Part shown: one piece after another, positions 27,954 through 35,969 of the stretch | Layout: each line of letters opens with the position of its first letter | How positions within the stretch are numbered: position 1 is the stretch's first letter | Source of the DNA: a virus | Taxonomy: Duplodnaviria; Caudoviricetes | DNA length: 50,246 nt | Virus record (IMG/VR): IMGVR_UViG_3300029183_000006 | Location: 1-50,246 of that record | Direction: 5' to 3' (one strand) | The notes under the pieces: generated by a model | Database searches by the model: none | What the model was told of the DNA's origin: nothing | Seen by the model: the letters and a program-made list of their open reading frames with translations, nothing else | Translations under genes and position numbers: made by a program

Positions 27954-30900
27954 ATGGCCGTTACCATTGGCAATACAACGATTGCAACAAGCAGCGCTGG
28001 CGGTGGCGTGCCAGGAAGCTTTACCGTTTCTCATGACAATGACGGTGATGGGCTTCTTATTTTTGTTACTATTTTTGACACAATTACCGATGCTGATGAG
28101 ATCGGGATAACCGCGACTTATGACGACGTAGATATGGATGACCTGGGCCAGGTCGCCACGCCATTTTCTGAGACTATCCCGCATACTGCAGCGCTTTATC
28201 TTGAGAGCGCTGCGTCCGGTGTTAATGACATTGATGTCAGTCTTACATTTACCGGATTGCAGCAAGCCAGAAGCGCTTATGTTGCCAGGAGTGTTTACGC
28301 TATTTCTGTGTCTGGCAATGGATCTGCCGGATCTACAATTGGGGCTAATACAAGTTCATCTGATGTATCGACATTAAATGGTGCGATCGTTGTCGACGCT
28401 GTAGACAGTTTAATTATAGGTCAAGTTACGGCGCAAGGCGGCGATACGGATCCATTTACAGTTGGATCTGGGTATACGAAGCTTGGCTCTGATTTTCAAA
28501 CAGCAACGCATCCAACAAGCGATTTTGCTGGCATGGTCCAGCACAAAACATCAACGGCAACTGGGTCTCAGAATTTCGACGCTTCTTGGTCCAGTTCTGA
28601 TCAAGCTTCGATTATTGCCGTCGAGATCCAAGAAACGGCTGCTGGTACTACCATTAATCCCGGCACGGCATCGCGCACGCGCTCTTTGTTTGCTCCAGCG
28701 ATTTCAAAAACAATTGATGCTGGCCAAGCATCTCGTTCGCATCAAATCTTTTCGCCGGATCTATCTAAGACAATCTCTCCCGGTTTGTCGTCGAGAACCA
28801 AACAGATATTCTCTCCTGATTTGTCGAAAACCATTACGCCGGGATTGATTAGCCGATCCAGGTCTTTGTTCGCGCCAGATATTTCGAAATCGGTCACAGC
28901 ATCATTAGCATCTAGAACGCAAGCGCTATTCAATCCGTCCATTTCGAAAAGCCTTACTGCTTCCACGGTGTCTCGTTCTCGGTCAGTCTTCAGTCCTTCC
29001 ATATCGGGAGGAGCTGTAACGGCTGTCAAAAAAGTTCTTGTATCGTCGAGTGGTGGTATTTACCGAACAGCATCGGGTGGGCTTTTAACTCCTTCTGTTA
29101 GAGCTACGCCAATCCTCCATCAATTCACGCTAACCAACACTGAAAGCGCAACGACATCCACCGGATTGTTTCGTGTTGGGCTCGCCTTCGAGAAAGGCGA
29201 TGTTGCTTCAGGGCGGATTCTGCAGGCTGAAATCGGCGGGACTGAATTGTCCCGTTCCGCTCGAATGCTCAATCGAAATTACTGGTCAGACGACTCGCTA
29301 CGATCTTGTATTTTAGTCGGGGACGCGGGCACATTTGCGGCATCAGAAACCAAGACAATTGATGTGAAGGCGGTAATTGGATCGCAAGGAACCTCTAGTC
29401 TCACGCCAGAAACTTACATTGACAGTCAGGATGACCTGACTGTCGAGATCACCAATCATACCGGATCATCGAATAATACTAATGTTGGTGACCTGACATT
29501 CTCGCTTCAAACCGCGATGGATACGTCGACACGGGTTGAGATTACTGATGATACCGATATGTGCGTTCGGTTTTGGTGCTGGGAACAGGTTGGCAATGAT
29601 GAGCATCTGATTTGCCTGAATTATGTTGATATTTGGCTGGACACGAACGGATCAACGGTGCTCGCCGTGGAATGGACTCCGGTTCTTTCGCAGCATTCCT
29701 ATGTCGATGATCCTTATGGCACGGCTCAAGACAAACAGATCAGAAATTATGATGCTGCCATTAAAGACGGCACAACCACGTTGGAAAGTCATACGAGCCT
29801 CTATCATTGCTACTATTGCCGGTGGGCCGCGCTTCGAACGGATGATGACGATCAGCACGCGCGGCGTCTATGGCTGAACAAAGCCAGTACGGCAATGCCG
29901 ACGCTTAATTTAAAATATAGCGCAGCGTCCAAACGAAAGATGGCGAAGACAGGTTATCTGCCGCCACTGACGACGAATTCCAGCCATATCACAGTCCCAC
30001 GCGTCTATAGCCAAACGGATCATACCCCGCTCGGAGAAACGCCTACATCCAGTACAGGTAATGCTCATAATCACCGAAAGGCCATTAATGGTACGGGCGC
30101 CTATAATGGACGCGGCGCCATATCCGATATGGATGCCCAATGTCTCATGCTGCAGGGCGCCGATGATTGGCGAACGGCTCGCGTATCGGCTCAAGCCGGT
30201 CTATCTGTTCATTTTCATATTCGAGATCACCGGACGGCGTCTGGCGGGTTTGCTAATGGCGATGTGTCTGCTGGCTTAATTCCGGCTAAGGTGGACCTTT
30301 TAGGCGCTCAATCCTATACGGGCCTTGCTTCGGAATTGAATGCTAGCATTGATGGCGGGTCCAATAACGATCTTGCCGATGATGCGCCTGTTTCTGGATC
30401 AGTTGATCGCGGGGCGTTTACCGCATGGGATCCAGCGCATCATGTCAGCTATAGCTATTTCATGGCTTTTGTTGAAGGAGAGGCCTATCTCCAAGATGCG
30501 GTTCTGTCAGCAGCGCATTGGCCGATGCATGATGTTCCGCATGAAGTTGCTGCTGCATTGGATTCCAACCTTTTGTTTGGCGCCAATCATGCAACAAGAG
30601 CGTCGACCCAATCAATCCCTTCGACGACTTATGGGACCAATTATCTTGTTTGGTCGCAGGAAAGGGAAATGGCATGGACGCAATATGCGGTGCTACGTGC
30701 TTATCAGCTTATGCGGGATGGGGATCGGCATAAATCCTATTTTGAGAATCTTCTGAAAAATGCAAGCGACTTTATTGAAGACAGCATCTCTTACTTTCCA
30801 AGCAGCCAAACGTCAAAGGGATCAACGATTCATACTCAAGGTGGCGTTGGTTCACCCTGGATGAATAATTTTCAAGTATTGGCTGCATTTGATACAGTTC

Positions 30901-31583
30901 CTATTGCCGATGATGAGGGTTGGACTGGTTTTAAGACATGGGCAGAACAAGCGGCAAAGCTTCTTGCCAACACTTATGAACATGATCCTTACGCGTCATT
31001 GTCTTACCGGCATCTCTATACATTGGATGGTGCAACCAAACTGGTCTACGCACCTGTTGGTGAAACACTGATTCTTCGCTCCGGCGATGTGACGTCTGAT
31101 GTATTCACGATCACTAACCCGCTTTCCGGTCTTGAGTGGAAAGATGACGATATTTGCTACATGAGTGAAGACAGTGATCAGAATGTCACCGTCAATCCGC
31201 CGTCACCGTTAGCGATCAATACGAAATACTATGTTGTCAACGCAACCAGTTCTCCCAATACGTTCCAGTTGTCCGCCACACAAGGCGGATCGGCCATAAC
31301 TGGAATCACTGATCAGGCAACTGTATGGGTTGGAATCAAAGCACAAGATGCGACTGACGTTTCGCCGATCGGCACAAGCGGGGCTGATCTTGGTGCCGAT
31401 GATGATTTTGGCCAGATTGCTTATGCGGCTGCTGAATTGGCTGCGCTGCGTGGGTCAACGAATTTCAGCGCATCTTTGACATCCGACATCCGGACGTTTT
31501 ATGCTCCTCGTGTTGCTGATTGGGGAACAGAAACGAGTGATTCCTTGAAGTATTTTGCTTGGAATTATGATGGGAACTTTTAA
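27954..31583 (+). CDS. large multidomain fibre/spike protein (1209 aa)
   Basis: N-terminal beta-sandwich, six 20-aa repeats, large aromatic-rich C-terminal domain with inserted small beta module. Confidence 0.7.
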   Translation: MAVTIGNTTIATSSAGGGVPGSFTVSHDNDGDGLLIFVTIFDTITDADEIGITATYDDVDMDDLGQVATPFSETIPHTAALYLESAASGVNDIDVSLTFTGLQQARSAYVARSVYAISVSGNGSAGSTIGANTSSSDVSTLNGAIVVDAVDSLIIGQVTAQGGDTDPFTVGSGYTKLGSDFQTATHPTSDFAGMVQHKTSTATGSQNFDASWSSSDQASIIAVEIQETAAGTTINPGTASRTRSLFAPAISKTIDAGQASRSHQIFSPDLSKTISPGLSSRTKQIFSPDLSKTITPGLISRSRSLFAPDISKSVTASLASRTQALFNPSISKSLTASTVSRSRSVFSPSISGGAVTAVKKVLVSSSGGIYRTASGGLLTPSVRATPILHQFTLTNTESATTSTGLFRVGLAFEKGDVASGRILQAEIGGTELSRSARMLNRNYWSDDSLRSCILVGDAGTFAASETKTIDVKAVIGSQGTSSLTPETYIDSQDDLTVEITNHTGSSNNTNVGDLTFSLQTAMDTSTRVEITDDTDMCVRFWCWEQVGNDEHLICLNYVDIWLDTNGSTVLAVEWTPVLSQHSYVDDPYGTAQDKQIRNYDAAIKDGTTTLESHTSLYHCYYCRWAALRTDDDDQHARRLWLNKASTAMPTLNLKYSAASKRKMAKTGYLPPLTTNSSHITVPRVYSQTDHTPLGETPTSSTGNAHNHRKAINGTGAYNGRGAISDMDAQCLMLQGADDWRTARVSAQAGLSVHFHIRDHRTASGGFANGDVSAGLIPAKVDLLGAQSYTGLASELNASIDGGSNNDLADDAPVSGSVDRGAFTAWDPAHHVSYSYFMAFVEGEAYLQDAVLSAAHWPMHDVPHEVAAALDSNLLFGANHATRASTQSIPSTTYGTNYLVWSQEREMAWTQYAVLRAYQLMRDGDRHKSYFENLLKNASDFIEDSISYFPSSQTSKGSTIHTQGGVGSPWMNNFQVLAAFDTVPIADDEGWTGFKTWAEQAAKLLANTYEHDPYASLSYRHLYTLDGATKLVYAPVGETLILRSGDVTSDVFTITNPLSGLEWKDDDICYMSEDSDQNVTVNPPSPLAINTKYYVVNATSSPNTFQLSATQGGSAITGITDQATVWVGIKAQDATDVSPIGTSGADLGADDDFGQIAYAAAELAALRGSTNFSASLTSDIRTFYAPRVADWGTETSDSLKYFAWNYDGNF
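28650..29009 (+). repeat. six tandem 60-bp (20-aa) coding repeats
   Basis: TINPGTASRTRSLFAPAISK, TIDAGQASRSHQIFSPDLSK, TISPGLSSRTKQIFSPDLSK, TITPGLISRSRSLFAPDISK, SVTASLASRTQALFNPSISK, SLTASTVSRSRSVFSPSISG. Confidence 0.85.
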
Positions 31584-31586
31584 ATC

Positions 31587-32300
31587 ATGACAGCTCCCAC
31601 CGTTATCGGCACACCATCGACATTACATGTATCGACGTCCAGCGGTTCGTCGTCACAAACAATTTCAAGCGTCTCGCCTGAAACTGGCAGTGATCGCAAA
31701 ATGTACGTTGCCGTTAGTCATGAATCTGGCACATCGTCTGCCCCGCCAAATTATTCTGTGACTTGGGACGGCACATCTTTAACCAGTATTCTAGAAATCA
31801 AAAATGGCAATGCGCCAACTACAGCGGAAAATGGGATCGAGATTTTTGAGCTTTTAGAAACTGATTTCCCAGGGTCAGCTGCTGATATTGTCGTAAATCT
31901 TGGCGGAACGACACATAATAACAATCTTGGCGTTATTGCCGTTCAGGTACAGGATGCTGATCAAGTCCAGGCGGCGGATGAGGCATCAAACAATGCAGAT
32001 GCCAATAGCTACAGTCTTAGCGTTACGGACAGTGAAAGTTTGGTACTCCAATGGCTTTCATCCGGCGGTACAGGGACATATGCAATAGCAAGCCCAGCAA
32101 CCGCTGTTACTACGGCAGAAAGCGCTGGTGATTTTCGTTTTGGCATGGGAAAGATCGACGATCAGTCATCAGGCAGTGTAACGTTAAATGCCAGCGGCAC
32201 GGACACCACGCGACGGACTCACGCGGCAATTGCCATCCCGCCAGCCAGTCCGTCGGGTGGTGGTGGCGGGTCGCAGTCTCCGGTTGTGGTTGTCATATGA
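31587..32300 (+). CDS. Ser/Thr-rich beta-sandwich virion protein
   Basis: GSDR...VAVS......SVTWDG..LT pattern shared with 20666 and the 27954 N-terminus. Confidence 0.6.
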   Translation: MTAPTVIGTPSTLHVSTSSGSSSQTISSVSPETGSDRKMYVAVSHESGTSSAPPNYSVTWDGTSLTSILEIKNGNAPTTAENGIEIFELLETDFPGSAADIVVNLGGTTHNNNLGVIAVQVQDADQVQAADEASNNADANSYSLSVTDSESLVLQWLSSGGTGTYAIASPATAVTTAESAGDFRFGMGKIDDQSSGSVTLNASGTDTTRRTHAAIAIPPASPSGGGGGSQSPVVVVI

Positions 32301-32572
32301 CTCCTGAGAATGAACCTCATTGGGCCTTTGAGTATCTGGAGTTTGTTACCAGTTCCGTCGCCGCATTTGCGGCTGTCGTTTTGTTTTTTGTTTGGAAGGC
32401 CTATCAGGAATTAATTAAGGATCAACGGGCCGATGCTAAGGAGCGGGCGGAAAGCCATGCCAAAACGATAGAAGCGCTTGCCGGACTTTCTGCTGCTATG
32501 GTTTCAGTGAAAGATCAGTTAGTTGATATAAAACATCAAATCGAGCGTCGCCATGATAGCGATAGGCATTGA
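32297..32572 (+). CDS. single-TM membrane protein, holin-like
   Basis: One hydrophobic helix plus coiled coil; first gene after the fibre cluster. Confidence 0.5.
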   Translation: MTPENEPHWAFEYLEFVTSSVAAFAAVVLFFVWKAYQELIKDQRADAKERAESHAKTIEALAGLSAAMVSVKDQLVDIKHQIERRHDSDRH

Positions 32573-32784
32573 CCATGAACATTCAGCAGTGGATCCAGCA
32601 TCTAGCCGGATATGAAGACCATGACCAAGAAAAGAGGCGCGTTGAAAGAGATCAATATCGGCGCGTTGAAAGCGTTCAATTCGAACGATTATTTGAAGCT
32701 GCCAGGGCAATAGCGGGCGACGATGATGATCAATCTTCAAGTGCTGTTGGGACAAATGGCAACGGTCGGCATAGCGGCGGGTAG
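32569..32784 (+). CDS. hypothetical protein
   Basis: Overlaps the previous stop; charged. Confidence 0.4.
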   Translation: MTMNIQQWIQHLAGYEDHDQEKRRVERDQYRRVESVQFERLFEAARAIAGDDDDQSSSAVGTNGNGRHSGG

Positions 32785-33025
32785 TCTTTTTCTGTGGCTG
32801 AGAACATGGGCGGTATGGCGAAAAACAAGACTTCCTATTCTTTTCGGCATGGCGTGGTTTTTTCTATTTTTCGGGATTTATCGGGTCTTTTGGGCCTGGT
32901 GGCAATGGGCCGGCCAGCCGCCAGGATGGGCGTTTGGTTGGCATGTGGTTGTTATGCTTTGGCTGATCATGGTTGGCCTTGGAATGGTGGTTTATGGGAT
33001 TGAGTGGAAAAGAAAAGCAGCTTGA
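32723..33025 (+). CDS. three-TM membrane protein (holin candidate)
   Basis: Three hydrophobic segments and a basic C-terminus (KRKAA). Confidence 0.55.
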   Translation: MMINLQVLLGQMATVGIAAGSLFLWLRTWAVWRKTRLPILFGMAWFFLFFGIYRVFWAWWQWAGQPPGWAFGWHVVVMLWLIMVGLGMVVYGIEWKRKAA

Positions 33026-33194
33026 TATCGAGGATTTGAGCGATCGCGTTGGTCATGTTCTCGTAGGCGCTACCGATGAACAGATTGGTGAGATCGCATT
33101 GCGACTAGCGGTTGTGGTTGTGAAGCAAACGCCTGATCCTATGGGCGCTGCTAGGATTTTTGGCGCGGCGGTTGAGGCGAGGGTGGGGAGTTAA
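33022..33194 (+). CDS. hypothetical protein
   Basis: TTG start overlapping the previous stop. Confidence 0.35.
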
Positions 33195-33462
33195 TTTCTA
33201 TAATTGGCAAGCCTGAAAACATTGGAAATGCGTTGGCAAGAGAAGTGTTTTTTGCGGTCATGTCGCGTATTCGGGAAATTATGTCACGGTGGACTACAAG
33301 TACGAAATTCCCAAGAACTTCCATGCAATAAGCCTTGCTTGGATCAAGATTTCTGGATTTCATGATTTGATCATCAACTGCCCAAATTTCTTTGATATTG
33401 GTGTTTGTGTGCTGTTTACAAGCGTTAATCTGATCAATGGCGTCTTTGATTTGGTCGATCAT
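33151..33462 (-). CDS. hypothetical protein
   Basis: Last ORF of an ATGA-coupled leftward insert. Confidence 0.5.
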   Translation of the reverse strand: MIDQIKDAIDQINACKQHTNTNIKEIWAVDDQIMKSRNLDPSKAYCMEVLGNFVLVVHRDIISRIRDMTAKNTSLANAFPMFSGLPIIEINSPPSPQPPRQKS

Positions 33463-33761
33463 CCCACATTCTCCAGTTCTGGCGATGGCGCAGCATCATG
33501 CATAGTAGACCATTCTTCGACAAAATTACCAATTACACTCGGCTGAGAGTCCAAAACAGCATTGACCATATCTTCGGTTGCATTCCTAGGCGCCAACTTC
33601 CAACCATGTTCAGCAAGGAAGGTGAGATAAGCTTCGACGTTAAGTTTTGCACTTGCTTTGCATGAGCCGCAAGGTTCAGAGCAGCGTTTTCCATTTTCAG
33701 CAGCACAATCTGCTAGTGCCGATTGGCAGAGAGCTTGCTCGTGAAGAAATCGGGTCATCAA
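33459..33761 (-). CDS. hypothetical phage protein
   Basis: GWKL.P..AT..M..A......W..M..AAP motif common in phage accessory proteins. Confidence 0.55.
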   Translation of the reverse strand: MMTRFLHEQALCQSALADCAAENGKRCSEPCGSCKASAKLNVEAYLTFLAEHGWKLAPRNATEDMVNAVLDSQPSVIGNFVEEWSTMHDAAPSPELENVG

Positions 33762-34167
33762 ATCCTACCATTCCGCAATCCATCAGCCGCATTGAAAGCT
33801 GCCGCTCTGATAATCGTCGTAAACATGCCTGCGACAAGATCGGCGGCATGCTCTTTGACCAACGTTTGAATGAATTCCGCATTAACTGTTATGGGCATGC
33901 CGTCTTGGCCGCCACGGCGGTCCATCCATCCGTCGCTGTTGATCGCATTGATTTCAGACTTCACAATCTTTCCGACCTTTTCCTCAAGGGCAGATTTAAT
34001 CATCTTCGGTAGATCGTTTTCGATCCAGTTGCTAATATTCTCACGCACAGCCGCTGTTAGGGTCTCTTCGGGAACTAGTGTTGCCAGCTCTTCATTGAGT
34101 GTCGACCCATGACTTTCTGAGTGAGAACGTTGTCAAGTCGTGCTGGCAGTTGGGTTTCATTTATTAT
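33758..34167 (-). pseudogene. hypothetical gene, apparently frameshifted near 34105
   Basis: Frame of 33758..34048 extends upstream (STLNEELATLVPEE); another frame carries a plausible N-terminus NETQLPARLDNVLTQKVMG behind an AGAGGA RBS. Confidence 0.35.
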
Positions 34168-34583
34168 CGTGTTCCTCTAATGGCCACGGCTTCAGAGCGA
34201 GCTTCAATCATGTCTCCAAGATCTGCGTTCTCGACTACGTCTGTGTAGCGCTGACGAAGTTTGCTTGCGTAATCTTTTACTTCATTGCGAACGCCGTGGT
34301 AATTTCTGATCACCTCATCGCTTCGATCGACATTGTTATTGGCAAGGCCAAGCTTTTCTTTGATCCAAGGTCTTAGTCTGGCAACTAGCACACTGAATGC
34401 TTCGCGCTGATTAGTCTGTCGACTTCGACTGCTTGTCGCCTGTGCCTTTATGCCGGTCTCGATATGCGTGATTTCAATGCAGTTCATGGTTTTATTGCGA
34501 TGCTGGCCTCCAGGCCCAGTGCCTGAAAACCAACGAACGGCAAAGTCCTTTTTGGTCAGCGAGAAATCAGGCTCTCTATTCAT
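34164..34583 (-). CDS. peptide chain release factor-like (RF-1 domain, GGQ) protein
   Basis: SGTGPGGQHRNKT...I.ITH..TGI......RS...N...A...L; IRNY....N.VKD. Confidence 0.85.
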   Translation of the reverse strand: MNREPDFSLTKKDFAVRWFSGTGPGGQHRNKTMNCIEITHIETGIKAQATSSRSRQTNQREAFSVLVARLRPWIKEKLGLANNNVDRSDEVIRNYHGVRNEVKDYASKLRQRYTDVVENADLGDMIEARSEAVAIRGTR

Positions 34584-34797
34584 CCTTACGCCCCTCTGAA
34601 TAATCCCTCACCAATCGGCCATTAACCGCATGGCCGAGCTTTTCGCCGATTTCCCATAAGAACTCACGAAACATGACATTGTAGGATCGAAGCTTTTTGA
34701 TCCGATCAGCAAGCTCTTGCTCATCGTCAGTCATGCAAACTGTGACACGTTTTGCCATGTTTTCGTAAGTCTCCATAAGTGATGATGCATCATACAT
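34576..34797 (-). CDS. hypothetical protein
   Basis: First ORF of the leftward insert; overlaps the RF-like gene. Confidence 0.5.
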   Translation of the reverse strand: MYDASSLMETYENMAKRVTVCMTDDEQELADRIKKLRSYNVMFREFLWEIGEKLGHAVNGRLVRDYSEGRKDE

Positions 34798-34800
34798 CAA

Positions 34801-34870
34801 ACTGCATTACTATTCAACATTCTAATTATGATATTCATTGAATTGACGTGATTTTCCAAGTATAAATAGA
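34801..34870. promoter_or_regulatory. AT-rich divergent promoter region
   Basis: Plus strand TTGAAT(34838)-17 bp-TATAAA(34861); TAGAAT on the minus strand; lies between divergent ORFs. Confidence 0.55.
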
Positions 34871-34873
34871 GCC

Positions 34874-35068
34874 ATGAATCAGAACTTGCCTTTGGAAATT
34901 GAGCTAGCGCCTAGGCGTCCTTGGCGTAATGGTCCAACAAGGATCGAAGGATCCATTATTCAAGATCTGGAAAAACTACAAGCAGCGGCTGTTTGGGTGG
35001 CGGCTGAGAACAGATTTGCCCGAACGACTGCAATGGCAGCTAAGGAGCGGGCACGGTGGGCGACCTAA
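34874..35068 (+). CDS. hypothetical protein
   Basis: First ORF after the promoter. Confidence 0.45.
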   Translation: MNQNLPLEIELAPRRPWRNGPTRIEGSIIQDLEKLQAAAVWVAAENRFARTTAMAAKERARWAT

Positions 35069-35319
35069 TCACCAAAAACCCACTCTCGACCTTGTTCTCC
35101 ACATCCGAGGGGCTAGCTTTCCTCGCCTATATGGCCATGACGATCTACGGGATGCTGATTGGCGAAGTGAACTATCTCGAAGGCTTAGCAGCCCTTGGCG
35201 GCGGCACACTTGGATGGGGCGGGCTGCGCACTTATGCGAAGAAGGATGATGAAGCAGGCGATGTGAAGCAGCGCTTGTTGAAGGTTCTTGAGGACTTGCA
35301 GGAGAGCAGAAATGCGTAG
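35056..35319 (+). CDS. two-TM holin-like protein
   Basis: TAAGGAG RBS, GTG start, two hydrophobic segments, charged C-terminus. Confidence 0.6.
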   Translation: MGDLITKNPLSTLFSTSEGLAFLAYMAMTIYGMLIGEVNYLEGLAALGGGTLGWGGLRTYAKKDDEAGDVKQRLLKVLEDLQESRNA

Positions 35320-35629
35320 TTTGACAATGGCCGCGATGGCGCTTTCGCTTGCTGCCTGCACTGCAACTGATCTCGAAACAGCTTCAACCAACGCTGCACT
35401 CATTAGTTTTGATAAAGCATGCACAAATTTTGCGGCAGAAGTCACCTCAGCCAATAATCGGATTGAAGCGATCCCTCCAAAAGATCGCTGGCTGCCGGAC
35501 ATCGATGCCGTTGAAGATCATGCGGCCTGGGGTTCGGACATTTGCGCCAAGACGGACAACCCAGGCCTGCGGACGATGCAGATCAAAAGCCGCATCTCGC
35601 TTGTTCAGCAAATCGACGGGCTGCCCTGA
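35312..35629 (+). CDS. lipoprotein (o-spanin-like candidate)
   Basis: ATG at 35312; MRSLTMAAMALSLAAC lipobox; two further Cys. Confidence 0.6.
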   Translation: MRSLTMAAMALSLAACTATDLETASTNAALISFDKACTNFAAEVTSANNRIEAIPPKDRWLPDIDAVEDHAAWGSDICAKTDNPGLRTMQIKSRISLVQQIDGLP

Positions 35630-35937
35630 TGGGTTGGGGACTTCTTCTTACACTTGGGCGCGTTGCTTTCACAGCGGCGGCGCCTGCTGTCACCGATGCG
35701 TTGGCGACAAGCATTGCTCGTTCTGGAAGCAGTAAGCGGCAAAAGAAAATCAGGGATCTCTACAATCTAGCGGCTGCTTCGAATGAACTTCTGGAACGTG
35801 TGCGCCATATGGCTGATCCGGCACAAAATATGGAACTAAAAACCGCTATGTTGCGCCATCGGGCCTCATTCAAGGAGGAAGCGGATCGCGCAGCCCGATT
35901 GCGGGACGAAGCATTGAGGGCACAGCGTGACGATTGA
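35629..35937 (+). CDS. hypothetical protein, hydrophobic N-terminus and coiled coil
   Basis: ATG at 35629 overlapping the previous stop. Confidence 0.5.
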   Translation: MGWGLLLTLGRVAFTAAAPAVTDALATSIARSGSSKRQKKIRDLYNLAAASNELLERVRHMADPAQNMELKTAMLRHRASFKEEADRAARLRDEALRAQRDD

Positions 35938-35969
35938 AACGGATTGGTGGATTATTCTAGTGACAGTGT

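Noticed and set aside
21858-34583. Stop-codon reassignment suggested by the release-factor-like gene and the in-frame TAA at 21924
   Set aside because: Long genes are intact under the standard code, TAA, TAG and TGA all end genes with tight coupling, and no suppressor tRNA was seen
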